The notes below the pieces were generated by a model. It did no database searches, was not told where the DNA came from, and worked only from the letters and a program-made list of their open reading frames with translations. Positions 36,413-50,149 of a stretch of 64,000 bases of DNA are shown here, one piece after another (position 1 is the first letter of the stretch; each line of letters opens with the position of its first letter). Source of the stretch: Botryllus schlosseri (taxonomy: Eukaryota); contig CM119372.1 in assembly GCA_051294905.1 (NCBI GenBank), positions 31,250,001 through 31,314,000 of the forward strand. Direction: 5' to 3'. Position numbers and translations under genes: made by a program.

Positions 36413-37182
36413 TAGGGCATTTTTTTTGACATGTCAAATAATGTCAAAATTGTAAACAAAGTCAAATATTTTTACAACCTGCATTTCGTTTGTATCGTAG
36501 ATTTTGCACTGTCGGGGAACTTATCATTTGACATTTTACAGCTTGTAGCCTACTTTGTAAGCCTACCGTTGTAGGACGGCCCATTGCCTGCTCATTGTGA
36601 ATCATAAACATTCAAATAAAACAAATAGGTTGACTTGGTGTTGTGCTCAACGTACTGCAAAATTCTAACTGAGGCGAGACTGCGTGGGCATTGCATGTTT
36701 TTTTTGTATCAAGAAGCGCATTATGAAAAATTGTGATGTAGATACCTTTGTCAGAATGAAGCAACACGGTGTGTCACCAGCAGTGTACGCACGTACAACT
36801 TCAGTGTTGTCAGCCAACAACAGACACTTTCTACCCGAGAATGTAGGAAAGTATCCTTACTTGTACTAAAACCGATTTTAATTATTCCTATCATATAGTA
36901 CGATATGTAAATACTGGAATTCTTCATGAGGCCAGATTTGGTTGAAATCAAGTTTTTTCATGAAAATATCTGTCAGTTTTTTAGTCAAAATAGTTTTTTT
37001 CAGGCCGAACTACTTCGTAAGGACAGACAGTTCCAACCAGAAATGAAGATAAGTAGACAATTCTAGCATTATATGGGAAACACCTAATTTACAAACGCCA
37101 GGTCAACATTTTGTCAAATTTAAGTTTTTTAAGGTCAAAAAATGTAAAAATTTGGATTTTTTAGGTAGAAATAATTGCCCTA
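36413..37182. mobile_element. hAT-type MITE, uninterrupted copy of 15549-17823
   Basis: TAGGGCA/TGCCCTA termini, TSD AACATGAT/AATATGAT, internal homology throughout. Confidence 0.88.
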
Positions 37183-37298
37183 AATATGATATTTAAAATA
37201 GAACAAGATTGAGTTAAATCGAAATCAAAGTACCCACGACATTGTTACTACAATGTGGTGACACATTGGAGTCGAATTAGTCCGGTATTCTTGAATAA

Positions 37299-38690
37299 CA
37301 CTGGTCAACACATATTTTTAGGCAGACAAAGTAAGAGTGGTTTTGGGGGTTCTGGAGGGCACTGATTCTGAATATGTTTTTTTCAAATTGGCTCTTGTTG
37401 TGCAGATAACCCATGGGGCTATTTTTACCAAAATCTCCAATTTTCGCGGTAATGATGACTAGATGTAAAGCCGGCTCAATCGTACTACAAAGCCGAGAAA
37501 ATCAATCTACTTGTTATTTTTACACACAGAAGACTCTTGTCAAAATATAGCAACACCACTATATTTAGGGGTAATAGATTTATCATAGTTACAGATTTTC
37601 ATGGATATCATGTGCATAAATAAACTCCAGTCATGTACATAAGTAATTAACTAGATACTCAAATAACGTGACATTAATTCAATTAGTTTTACGCCAACCA
37701 CATATTGTAAATTTGAAATAATCAGTTGGAATATAATATTGTTGATATATTTTACATCACTATTTTTTTTGTAAGATTTTCGCCTGTAAGCTATTAGTGC
37801 AGTTTCTTAAAAGGTTCCGGTAATGGCTGACATAATATGTTCAATTGTTCATCTCATCTGCCCTGATATCTTTCTTTTGTTGTTCTGATGTCTTGGTCGA
37901 ACCTCTCCCCTTGCTAATCAACAAGATGATCAGGAAATATATCAAGATGTCATAGCAGGAAGTGAACTTTTATGCTCATGTTTGTGCTCAAGTGTTCGAT
38001 ATGCAGATACGAATTTTCGGACCAACTGTTTGTGTTTGGGTGCTTTATGATCATCTAAAAAGTTTTAACATCTTAGGAGAAATTACATGCAGTGAATTCC
38101 TTCCTAATGTGAAATTGGAATCTTTCATCGATATTCGACTATACCAGATACCAGATTTAAGCTACTAGGTATACCCACTTTATTGACCCAGCGGAAAATT
38201 ATCCATTTACCAGTCAAAAGAAAGGAGACGCACATGAGTATTGTAGTTAAGCCTTCCAAGGACAAATTTTATAGTTTATACTCCTCTTTAATCTTGGTAG
38301 AATGACCAATTGATACAGGAGCATATGTATTTCCGTGTGCAAAAGTACAATTTTTAGACTTGACAACCTGCTTTTTTTGACAAACAGATATTTCGCATCA
38401 TGTCATGTTAATATTGATAGAATGACTGAGAATAACACGTGGGGTCTCCATAGTCAATTAGTTATTTATGCGCCGTATAAAATTAGAAAAAAACGACGAT
38501 TTTTTTCCTACCAAGTGAAATATTTAAGGGTGAATACAGTAATTTGGGGAATTTTTAGGGGTATAAATATCTTCTGACAAAGAGCCAATCCGACATAACT
38601 AATGTAATATTCGTAATCAGCAACCTCAAAAACCCCAGAAAAGGCTCTCAGATGTTCAGCCTAGAAAAAAAATCATTTTGTTGATCAGTG
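37299..38690 (+). mobile_element. Chapaev3-like non-autonomous DNA transposon
   Basis: CACTGGTCAACA...TGTTGATCAGTG termini with TAA on both sides. CAC/GTG ends and a TWA TSD are Chapaev3 hallmarks. Confidence 0.7.
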
Positions 38691-39156
38691 TAATAATCAG
38701 ATTTATAATACACATCCAAATCGGATTCTATAGGGAGAAAAACATATTTCCGATTCAGAATACCACGAATGCGGCGGTCGGAACCTGAAACAAAGTATCG
38801 AATAACTCGTTAACAAATTAATAAATTAATATTCAGATATGACGTTATTGTAACATTAGTGCAAATGTGTTCAAGATAGATTTATGACGAAATTTGGCCA
38901 AATATCGAAATCATCGAGAGATTCATCACTTCCATCGAGCACTGAGCACACGCGCAGGCCTACTATATGACTGCTATTATATGAATATAGAATATAGATG
39001 CTATAAAATTATAAAATATTATTTGTGCTACTGTGCTACTATGCTACTGCAATGATCAAAAATATAGGATAAGTTGAAGTTCATTTGTAAGTCAGACACC
39101 AATATATTCACAACAGTACGAAAACCAGGATATTCATTTAAGGATTTTCCTTTTCA

Positions 39157-39262
39157 ATGATGATGATAACGATGATGCTTATCAACATGAAGTTGACGAT
39201 GCTTATCATGCTGCTGCTGATGTTGATGATGTTAGTGGTGATGATGATGGTGGTGGTGATGA
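39157..39262. repeat. Degenerate (ATG/GTG/CTG)n trinucleotide repeat
   Basis: Directly visible low-complexity triplet run. Confidence 0.8.
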
Positions 39263-39618
39263 TCTCTCATCAATCCACTGTCAAGATACCACCATATATC
39301 AAATGCACGTTTATAGTCTGCAAACAAAATATGCTTGATAAAAATCAGGCCTCCATTATAAGATGAATGGTGACGGTGAATCATAGGTGTAAGAAACAGG
39401 GTGCTTGCTCCGGGTTAGACCACAAAATTTATGAATGCATCTGTAAATTCAATGTAATATTGTCGAATCTACTTTACAAATGTAATGCTTTCTATATTTC
39501 TTGTAGATACGACAAGTGTGTGAGTCACGCGATTTTGTCGCTGTTGGCAATTTGTAGACAACAGAATATATCGGAGTACATCTCTTGGACCAGCGGGAGC
39601 TGCTGGCAGAATTTTTAC

Positions 39619-39644
39619 CTAATTCGGTGGAAGGTGTATTGAGA
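39619..39644 (-). CDS. Possible short terminal exon of the NLR-like gene
   Basis: Pyrimidine-rich acceptor CTTTCTGTCCTTTCAG. A phase-1 join gives LSIHLPPN*. Speculative. Confidence 0.3.
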
Positions 39645-40649
39645 CTGAAAGGACAGAAAGGGGTGGTACACAAAAACAGAACCTCACTCAGAATTATATC
39701 GCGGTCATAAGTCCTACGTACCTACGTGCATACCTTTCTGCGTTCCTACGTGCATGTATAATTTGAATTAAAATGTTGTACTCCTTGTATACCACGGTAT
39801 AAGTTTCGTGTGCCATGGGTGTATATTCACACCCGTATATCAGGGGTGATACCCGGATGCAAATACACACTCTTTCTGTTAAGAGTGCAGGCTCTATTAG
39901 TGACGCATGTGAACAGTATCGACAATATCATGTCTAAATAACGCTAGTGATTGGGAAATGATTTTAATTGTGCACTTTCGCAATCACTAACTTGGAATCC
40001 TCTGCTCACGGAAATACCGAAACTCTATTTGAGATCGTGTCTGATACAAGGATCATGGCACGTTCGATGGAGTGTCTTAAATATATATGGGAATAGCGTT
40101 TGCCCGCGCATACATGGGCTCATAATAACACGTCAAATCTGCATTATAATGATATTCCAGAGTATGAGCACCAACGTTCTGGAACTCGAACCGGAGTTTA
40201 AAACAGCATAGCGAACGAGTTTACTCAAGTGATTCAGAGAACGGTCGATCGGTAATGTATATCTTGACCAACGCTTTAAATTCAAGTTCGAGTTCAACAT
40301 ATGTCTCTGCATAAACGACTTTCAGTAACAACATATACCACAATGTTGTTTTGTATTTATGCTGTTTGGAAATTTTGTTAATTTTACACTATTTATACAC
40401 CATGTATATATTCCTTTTATGATTACTGAAGCTTCTACTTAAAGCACAGCCCAATTTGGATCTGACATTTTGTAAGGTATCGCTATGACGATATCATGCC
40501 AATTAGGAGCCTATAGATAAACCGTCGATACATAGGAGTAGATTCTGGAGTCGACCCGGCCGGACTTGGAACGTATACCACCACACTACTCGCAGACGCG
40601 AATAATAAGAAAATATGTTGGACAAGGAGTAATCAAGTGCTTCACTCAC

Positions 40650-40839
40650 GTTCTATAATGTTCATATTGATATTTTGACCGGATGAATTCAATTCAATCG
40701 TTTTCAAAGCCTTCTCACTGTGCTTGTATTCCGACTTCTCGTATACCAATGTAAGAATTCCCGGATTACAATTCACCGTGAGCGACCGAAGGTCGTCGAT
40801 GGAAACGTCGTATTCCAATATGCATCTGAGGAATTCAAC
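40650..40839 (-). CDS. NLR-like gene, C-terminal exon
   Basis: Acceptor CACGCAG, peptide VEFLRCILEYDVSIDDLRSL...NIIE, donor GTGAGT. Phase-compatible with the upstream exon. Confidence 0.6.
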
Positions 40840-41720
40840 CTGCGTGAGACGAAAACTTGCTGAAAAACTGCAGTGACTACATTGCTCCGACATGATTTGA
40901 GAGGAGCCAGCATTGCACTCGAACATACTGTCATTGTTTACATAAAAGACAAAATGTGTAATTTTTGCTTTCATTTACCAAGTATATGTCTATCTGCTGA
41001 ACTAATTATGAATATTCATAGAATCTTTCCCATTTTCTTCCATCAATATAACGCACAGGCTTCACCAATCCGCGACTGGTTTTGGATTTCGAAAAAGAAA
41101 ATGATGATGGATATTGAATATTTATATGATGAGAATATTTTCAGTTTTCGCAACGATGGGCAAGGTATATTAATATAATCTCATACGATCATACTCATCG
41201 GTCTGTACTATATATGTCCTTATCGACAACAGCAGCGTGCTCGCAATGTCGCACTGGATGATAGCAATTCGCCACGAGCTTGTTGAAGGGGAGATGGGCC
41301 AAACTCAAACACTGACCGACCTGCTCACTAAAACACGGTGCAACTTCTCTTATTTTGTGCACAGTATTATTGAATATCTAACTGTAGACTTACCGTTTCA
41401 GATTGAAATACCAGCATAGTCCCTATAGTGGGCAACTGTTTGGTTTCCGAGAGCAATGAAAAACCCATGTCTCATCTGCTTTCAAACTATTGATGTCAGC
41501 AGGAAATACAGTGTTTGTTTGTATTACGCAAGGGGATATCATAAAATACTCAATAACAACAGGTATGGTCAGAAGTCTTGTCGCAGGAGGTTTTTGATGG
41601 GTAACGCATCTTATTGTCGAATCTCAACGGAATGACTGTTAATAAGGCAGCCTTACTCCAGAGGCAGACAAACATTTGTTAGCGATCTTGGAATAAATCA
41701 TGATAAATTCCACTCAATAT

Positions 41721-42124
41721 TAGGGTTACCATATTTTGGGATCCGGAAAGAAGGAAACTTTTTTTCAAATCACAAAAGTTAGATTACAGGACTATAGAAA
41801 ACTGCTGGTTCAAAAATATTTACGGGTACTCCTCCTATGTTGACTAAAAAAGGGTCGTCTATCCAACTCGGGTCCCGAATGACCCACTTTACAATAATAC
41901 TACAGTGGTTTTGACTAAAATAGTCCTATACTCCCGAAAGTCCAGCTCGAACATCCAAACTCCCGTGATTTATTGCGGTTTTAGTTGTACCAGTCCAGTG
42001 ACCTGGCTTTCAAAGCTATAAAGGAGAACTAATTTCCAAAAAGTAGGACATTAAGCTTCGGAGGACATTTTCAATTTCTTGAAAAAGTAGGTCAAATCGT
42101 GCTAAAGGAGGCATGGTAACCCTA
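41721..42124. mobile_element. hAT-type MITE
   Basis: TIRs TAGGGTTACCAT/ATGGTAACCCTA, TSD CTCAATAT/CCCAATAT. Confidence 0.85.
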
Positions 42125-43758
42125 CCCAATATCAACTCGTTAAATCGAGTGCTCATCATTTTATCTGAGTTTTATAAATCTTTATTCGCGTTTCTTCAAT
42201 ATGCTGAGTTAATATGTTTTTGCCCCAGTTAGAAAACAAAGCGAGAACGGTCTTGAGTGGCATAGTATAGTAGAATCTTCGCCAAAACGTCTATTGCAGC
42301 TGGGTGGCCTCTACCAAGTTATAAAGTGACCAGTTACCCATTTTGAGTTGGTGACCCTTGATATAATGGTAGTTGGTACTTGGTAGTAATGTTCAGCGGT
42401 GCATCAAACTTGAAAATAGGCTATACCTAAGCAGGCGCTGGGTTTATTCTTGCGATATTCATATGCTCAGAGGCAATCAGTGTGGAAGTACTTCTACTTG
42501 TTCATGGTACTTAAGTGTACTAGGCAAGAGGACGCCAGCTCAAACAGCGTCGCGGACCACTGACCGCATGACTTCAATATCGAGATAAAAATAGGCAACG
42601 CAGTTTAACAATTACGTTTTGATAACTCTACGTCAGAACAACGCTGTGCTCTCTACCATGGGCGACGGCCTTAGTTACCACGAAAGACATAACATTCCAT
42701 TGCAGAAATACAAATACAACAAATATTATCATGATCATCACTTTCATTCTATTTTGAACTATAAGCTGCGCACGTTACCTGACAATACTCTTAAGCAACT
42801 AAAGCAGAGATGGCCGACTTTTTTGCTATTCACGGCCGCATTTCAATTACTTATGTAGCCTACGGCCGCATTCTAGTGCAGAGTCGTAATGAAATAACTG
42901 GAGGCCAAATACCCACGTTAAACTGCCCACGTCCATTGCCGGTGAACTCCGGACTAATCTATTTACTGATACAGGCTTACTAACTACACTGAAATCGTGA
43001 GTATCCATGTTATGAATAGCCACATGGATTCGTTTTCTAGTTGCGCGAAGTACGTAAATTTTTTCATATTCATAAGTGAATTTCGTCATTGATATCGGTA
43101 TAGTTTCACATAGGACTATCAAATATTTATCTTTTCTCAGCCAATGTGATCAGATTCAACGGCAGAGTTGATGCAGAGGGTGTCTTCGCAAATGTAGGGA
43201 AGTTGTTAATGCTGTGCTGCATCTTTGGGTGGGCCAATTGTTATTAGTCCCATTTGTTGCATGTTGTTATTTCTTGACCTCCCATCAGTATTGTTGGTAT
43301 ATTGGTGTTGGTGACCCCGGCTATAGGCCTACTAGGCCGATACTATACTATATGTTTTCAAAATATATTTCCCCTTTTACCTAACCACTTTTGAAGCAAA
43401 CTACGCTTCGATATAATCACTTCATTTTGGTCGTGAAGATGCTTCTTGCAATTTTGCAAGTAGCCCATTCACTACTGAAACTATGCGAAGTATACATGTA
43501 ATTTGCTGTCGAAACGACAGACTTTGATACTTTTGAGGCCTCCCATTGTTAGTTAGCGTAGAATTAGCACATGTTTGTTATCACTACTTTTACTTGTAAT
43601 TGAGTAAAAATTAATGACATAAAATCCTATTTCTACTTTGATCAGATCTCCGAATGCGGAAGTTCGACATATGCATCCAATACATTATAAAGTTCTAGTC
43701 TAAAATTGCCCACCTCATTTTGTTGACTCGCTTTCAGGATAGATCTGAAGTCACTCAC

Positions 43759-43863
43759 ATCCTTTGCCCTGAACATCCGATGTATGTTAACAATGATGTC
43801 GAAATCGGGGATTTCATCACTGGTGAAATTATTACCAGACACAGCAATATCCAGGTGTTTCAC
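43759..43863 (-). CDS. NLR-like gene, LRR-like exon (105 nt)
   Basis: TTGCAG acceptor, VKHLDIAVSGNNFTSDEIPDFDIIVNIHRMFRAKD, GTGAGT donor, phase 0/0. Confidence 0.65.
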
Positions 43864-44173
43864 CTGCAACATGAACCAAGGTGTATTTCAACATCCAAAA
43901 CACTGACAGCCGAACAATCTAACTTGGTATTGCTGAACAGAGGCTTTTATAGATGACCAATCGATGTGTTCTTCTTTTGTGCAATCAAGCAATATGTTAT
44001 TCATCTAAATGCAATATGAGGTATCTGAGACATCAATCACCGGCAATAACGTCAGGCAAAGCCTTTTATCAATCCAAATATGTCGATATGTCATATGTTG
44101 ATCAAGCGGTCAACCACGGACCTACCTTATACGTTTCGTGAGTTATTGATGGAATGAAATATTTACATATGGG

Positions 44174-45449
44174 CAGAGGTGGTCAAAGTAGTCAAGAAAG
44201 CTACTCAAGTAGAAGTAGAAGTAGCGACGGAAAAACCTACTCAAGTATGAGTAGAAGTACTTTTTCCATAAGCAACCTAAAAGTACTTGAAGTAGAAGTA
44301 GAATTGACTGACTTTAAATCTACTCAAGTAAGTAAGTAGTTGTGAAAACGATAGTAATTCGTTCGCATTGATTGTCAAAAGCTGCAAATTGAACTATGCG
44401 AAAGGTGCAGAGCTTGATTCATATTGATGCATACCAGGAGGTATCCAATTTTCGACAGCATAAGCGTTCGTCCGCATGATGGGATAAAATGATAGTATTG
44501 ATATGGAAATGCGCTACTAATCCTCTGTTAACTCGAACAGCACGTTTTAGAAATTATCATAATATGTATGGCACCCTCCCCCATATCAGTTTGGTCGAAG
44601 AGCAATACGGAGAAGTTGTATCGGATACGGTGTAAACATTTTGCGCGATTAGTAAACATTAATATAAAAAAATATGGTGGATCGTAAAAATGCCATATTG
44701 TGTAGCTTTATTTCCGGAAATTAAAGGCCTTATAACACTTGCTTTTATACTTAAACATGTATGTTCTCCAGACAAAAGAACTGATACTAATTAGAACTCA
44801 AAGTATGATACTGGGAATTGAAAGTGAAATATAAATACTACTACTAAAAGCGGAAAATGTATTTCATGTCTTTAGTCCAGAAAGTTTCAAAAGGCTGTAT
44901 GCTAAAACAGGTCTGAAGCTAAAAAAGTCAGAGCCCACTTTTCCAGATTAGGACGCGCCATGGACTGCTAGACTACGATATAAGCAAATGCTAGATTATG
45001 AAACATCAGTTTCAAACGTTATGATGGGCCATATATACTGTGATGAAATATTTCATATGGGTGGCAATGCGGTGTGAAGGGAACCACGCAACGCGCTACC
45101 TAAATTATATTCACCGATACTTTCGTGAAATCATATAGGTCACTCCATATCCACTGTGCGCGAAGCGTGACGGAAATTCCGGGCTTTTCTCAACTTTTAT
45201 GAAAATTCATTGTAGATATTCCGTGAAAACAGCCGCGTAATTCCTCAGGCTATCTTCCTGATTGGAGGATTAAACTACTTCTACTTGACAAACTGGAAAT
45301 ATCGAAAAGTAAGTAAGTAGATCACAAAATATTATGGAGTAGAAGTAGAAGTAGCCAAAATTAGTTCTACTTGAGTAAGTACTAGAAGTAGAGGAAAACT
45401 ACTTGAGTACTTCCAAAAAGTTTAAGTACTTGGTTACTGACCACCTCTG
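44174..45449. mobile_element. hAT-type MITE with AAGTAG subterminal repeats
   Basis: TIRs CAGAGGTGGTCA/TGACCACCTCTG, degenerate TSD CATATGGG/CATATATG. Confidence 0.8.
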
Positions 45450-45640
45450 CATATATGGAGCATGGACGCATGGTATACCAAATCTTATCTCATGATCCGA
45501 TCCCTACCATATTTGAAAACTTTAAACAGCACAGTATGCGATCTCTTTGCAATGGCATAGCCAGCCCTCTGCAGAGATACTGAACCGCATTATGGTCTTG
45601 TATTCCAAGTCTGGAGTGTCACTATGTCTAGACTCGAGAT

Positions 45641-46964
45641 CAGGAGTGTCAAACATACGGCCAGCCAGACGATTTCATCCGGCCCGCGAAGCATTCCGAG
45701 TAAATTGAAAAATACTTATATTATCCAACACATGTGTAAGAACAAATCTTCAACTTCTTTTATACAGTAGACACTTCCATTAAATACTCCGTTAAGACAG
45801 CAAATGTCGAGCATCTTCGATGTCCATAGCCACATTATAGCCACACGACTGCGGACGGGGTGTTGTTATTTCACTCTGGTTGCGACTAGGAACGACTCGA
45901 CGGCATTGACACCCAATTTCGAGAAGGAAGTGGTTGAAGTGCACGCTGAGTTCAAGGTTTTATAGGGGAAAATCGAACAAAAAGTAGTTCTTCATAGAAG
46001 CGAAAACGCCAATGCAGAACCGTTACAGGCAGTTTACATGTAGAATATATTTGGTACACAAAAAATAGATATTCAAATTTCTGTGGTTGCACTGCTGTGC
46101 CACTTCCGACTCCAAAGATCCCCGGACTCCAGAGAAACCCGTAGCGCGATTTAACAATAACAAAAAATACATTCCAACGTCTGTGGTTATAGTTGAATCT
46201 CTTGTATTCCTCACAACGCATGCGCCGGGCTAACGCCAGATCAAGTCTAAAGCCAGGTAAGCAACGAGCAGAAAGATATGCCAAGTGTCAACATCGTCGT
46301 TTTCGCCACTGTTTAAGAGGTTCATAAACTGTGTTCAACCAGCCAATCATCGTATCCATTTTCAAACAGGCAGCATGGAATGCAAGGAATCGGAAAATAC
46401 AAGGTGACCCGCTCATCAGTACGAAACGGAGTTGGCACTCCTTCTGGCGCAGACTCGAAAGACGAACTCCGCGACCGAAAGAGCAAGTAACGGGAGAAAC
46501 TCTTCATAATATGATAGAGAAATCAAAAAGAATAAAGAACGCGGCGCTCGCGCGATATACGTTTAACTAAAACCGCGCGTATTCCGGCCAGTGGGTATTT
46601 TTCGCTCGATATAATGTTGTGATTGCAGTATAGGCTATCTTGTTTTAAGGCTTCAAAAAGCCGCCTCTCTATTTGATCCATTTCCTTTCCCATCGTGGGA
46701 ATGTCTTGTGCTGTAAATGCAATAGACTCAATGTACCAGCCAGTCATGGTATTTTTGGCCAATTGCATTGTACGCGAATAAAGGTATTGTTGGTTGTTAG
46801 AATAAAATCTACTATGACTCGTGGTGCAATGTAATATATATATTGTTATGATAATTATATATATGCTTTTAATAATAAAGTATAAAATCATCGACTCATC
46901 CAACCCGCGAGTGATTTGAAGGTTTGAATCCGGCCCGCGACGCAATTTTAGTTTGACACCCCTG
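45641..46964. mobile_element. hAT (Buster-like) MITE
   Basis: TIRs CAGGAGTGTCAAAC/GTTTGACACCCCTG with GGCCCGCG subterminal motifs. A related copy at 48127-48972 has TSD ACGTAGAT/TCGTAGAT. Confidence 0.85.
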
Positions 46965-47237
46965 CTCTTGATATACTCGGGCTATAGATAACCCTCAATT
47001 CTTATTGCAAAGGCAATATTCTAGTAAATTCGTCAAAGCCTACTTAGAGCGTAATAAGCTCGATGTTAACCGGATTTGACTAAACCATTCCGTTTCCCCT
47101 TCCTCTTCTATTGCAAGTGTATGCTGGATTGGTATCGTATAGGCAAGTTATAAATTTATGGAATATACTATGTATCTATCCAGCTTGTAGTCGTCCTCTA
47201 AACGATATTGAGTGTCCCTGTTCTGAAGTCCACTGAC

Positions 47238-47393
47238 CTTTTGTAGTTTAATTCCAGATGTCTCCCGTAAATCGTCCAGCGTGGTGTACAGTTGTTGGTC
47301 GCAGAGTATTTCGATCAATGCCGGCTCAAATAATTGTTCAAAAAAGATTACGACATCGAGCATGTGAACCTTTTTGAAGCGAAGATCCATTCG
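47238..47393 (-). CDS. NLR-like gene, internal exon (156 nt)
   Basis: TTTCCCAG acceptor, RMDLRFKKVHMLDVVIFFEQLFEPALIEILC...KLQK, GTCAGT donor, phase 0/0. Confidence 0.6.
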
Positions 47394-49043
47394 CTGGGAA
47401 ATCAAAATTAGTCATTTGACAAGCCACAATGTTCGATGATGTTCTATTCTTTTTCAGGACGTAATGAATCGAATAATGAGTATATAGCCGCAGCATAAAA
47501 TTACACGGGAACTGATGACTTTTATGAATCTCAAAATTAAACAACTGAGACCCCAGTTTATTTGCGTTTCTAGCTATTATGAAGGGCGTGGTCTGAGTTG
47601 CTTTTCCAAAATCAGATTGCTGACTCAACTTGAAGTAAGTTGAACATCGTGCTCAATTGCCGCAATGTGGGTGTCTTCATTGTATATTCCTACGCGCGTT
47701 ATATTTACGTTAGTGTATCGGTAGATCGTTTTCTTCTATAGTACACAATGATACGGCTTGGCAGAATACAACTATATCTATGGGTTCGTCAATACCATTA
47801 CATCATTTACATGTTTAAAAACTAATTATATTATGCTTCAGGATAAATCACTAGACATGATTCGCCGTTGAGATAGATTTCCACCATATAATTGTTAGCA
47901 GTATTGGTATATACAGGCTTGTTATTAAGCATGCATGTGATATCTCACCTCTTTATTGTAACTTGCCATGGTATTTCCGTGGATGGTGATGGAGTTTATT
48001 TCGTTCTTCAGCGTGATGCTACAATTATGAGATTTAACTCGTACTTGGGCAACCTGAATATTTCAACGATTAGATTCTTAGTCCAAAAATAATAGCAAAT
48101 ATTATGACGGGAGATATCACGTAGATAAGGGGTGTCAAACATACGGCCCGCCACAAGATTTTATCCGGCCCGCAAAGCACTTCTGAGTATATTGAAAAAT
48201 GCTAATGTTATCCAGCACATTTCTAACAACGTTTTAGTAACAAATACTTCCATTAAATGATCTCTCAAAACAGCAAATGTCGAATATGTCCATTGTCTAT
48301 AGGCCACATTATAACCACCCGACGGCAGAGTTGCGGTTCCAAGACACCATTAGGAACAGGTCGGTGGCGTAGACATGAACACAAAGCAAAACCGCCAATA
48401 TGAAAATATTATATGCAGGATAGATGGAGAATATAACAGTTAACAAAGAATCCGTGTTCGCAGTGCTGTGCATTAAGCTTCTGACTCAAAAGATCCCCTG
48501 CGTCCAGGAAATCCCGAATGGAGATCTAATAATGCCGAACAAAATTCCAATGACCGCTTTTACAATTGGATCTTTTGTATTCCTCCCAAGTCACAATACA
48601 TACGGAGAGTTAACGACACATTACAACTTAAAAAATGGGAACATAGAAATCTGCCAAATTATATCGTCGCTAGAACCGTCCCTTTAGCGGTTTATCACTC
48701 AATTCAATTGACCGACCATCGTATTTTCGCCAATTCCGTTACTTGCGTATAAAGATGTTGCTAGAATAGAGCATCTACGGTCCGTACATTGCGGACCGTG
48801 ATATAATGCAATATACGATTATACAAATAAGCTTGATAATAAAACATGCAAGTGAAAATCAAGGGGATGGATTCAGACGTAAAAGTTTGGAATCATGTGA
48901 CTATGGTCTGGCCCGCGAGCCATGAAAAGGTTTGAATCCGGCCCGCGATCCAAGTTGAGTTTGACACCCCTGTCGTAGATGCTTCGAGATCATTGACAGA
49001 GTAGATACCTGCGGTCAATCGACATATAGCAGTGACCTTAAAC

Positions 49044-50149
49044 TAAGGTTACCATATTTCTGTGACTCAAATTCCGGGCACTCTTTAGCGCCGACTAGTG
49101 GATTTGAAAATGAGTTATGAGCACACTGCCTGTCAATATGACGTCACATTAGCAAATTTGCTTATAGACCAGAGGTGGTCACGATCCAGTTCAGGAGTAT
49201 GTGGCTGTGTGTTGTGTAACCGGGACCGAAACCCACATTTTTCAGCCCCTTCCTGTCCAAATAAACAATTATTTTGGTCCCACCATAGTGTATTCAATTC
49301 AACTTTTTTTGGGGGGGCTGCTATATGCATCTGGTCGTTAAAATTTTTGAATGAATTTTGTCAATAATATTGGTTCTTCCATATTACTAAATAGTTTTAT
49401 CCACTCTCCGCCCACATGATCAGAGTTAGAGGTAGAACTGGTGGAGGATGATGACTTAGAAAATGAAGGGAGCGTAATTGTACATCGTTAAGTCATGTTC
49501 ATGTCACACCGATAAGATTGTTTTCAGCCGTATGCCATTGTGCACCACGGATCTCTATAAACACCTCACATCCAGTGTTTCCAGCCCTTAATGGTTGCGA
49601 CTCCATCTCCAATTTGAAAATGTTCCGTGGCCCAGATCAAAATTTGACGAGCTGATTATTAAAAGAAATCAGCACCTTTGCCCAGACTTACTCACGGGCT
49701 ATTTTGGAAGCTGATTACGTTCAATATCTTGGCGAACCCCAGAATAAAGGCAAACGACCACCACGTTTGGAACCAATATCTTTGAATAAAGCATTAAAAC
49801 GGCCTTAACCATTTCTAGGAATATATCGTTATTCTCCTACAATTGCGAATACAATTAGGCTTATTTCAGTGAATGAAGGTTAATTTTATGTATATTTTAT
49901 TGCAGTTTTTGCGAGGTTGGTGGTCCCATATTAAAATCAAGAAATGTGATGGTAAATCACGCGCAGCGCGAAGAAACATATCATGTAGCATAAATATTCA
50001 TAAAAATAATGTTATTATGTTGATTTACGAAAAAATTGTGAGCCTGCGTCAAGCCTTCAAATTTCCGGACATTTAGGCATATTTTAGAAATTCATCCCGG
50101 ACGCAAGTTTGAACAGTGACAGGGAAACTCCGGAAGTATGGCAACCCTA
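49044..50149. mobile_element. hAT-type MITE inserted into the left TIR of another MITE (~49030-51737)
   Basis: TAAGGTTACCAT/ATGGCAACCCTA termini and perfect TSD CCTTAAAC. The host element is homologous to 60636-61473. Confidence 0.8.

Noticed and set aside
26668..38045. Large inverted repeat suggesting a chromosomal inversion
   Set aside because: Explained by two oppositely oriented copies of one Chapaev3-like element.
39157..39366. Met/Leu/Val-rich hydrophobic ORF
   Set aside because: Translation of a degenerate trinucleotide repeat.
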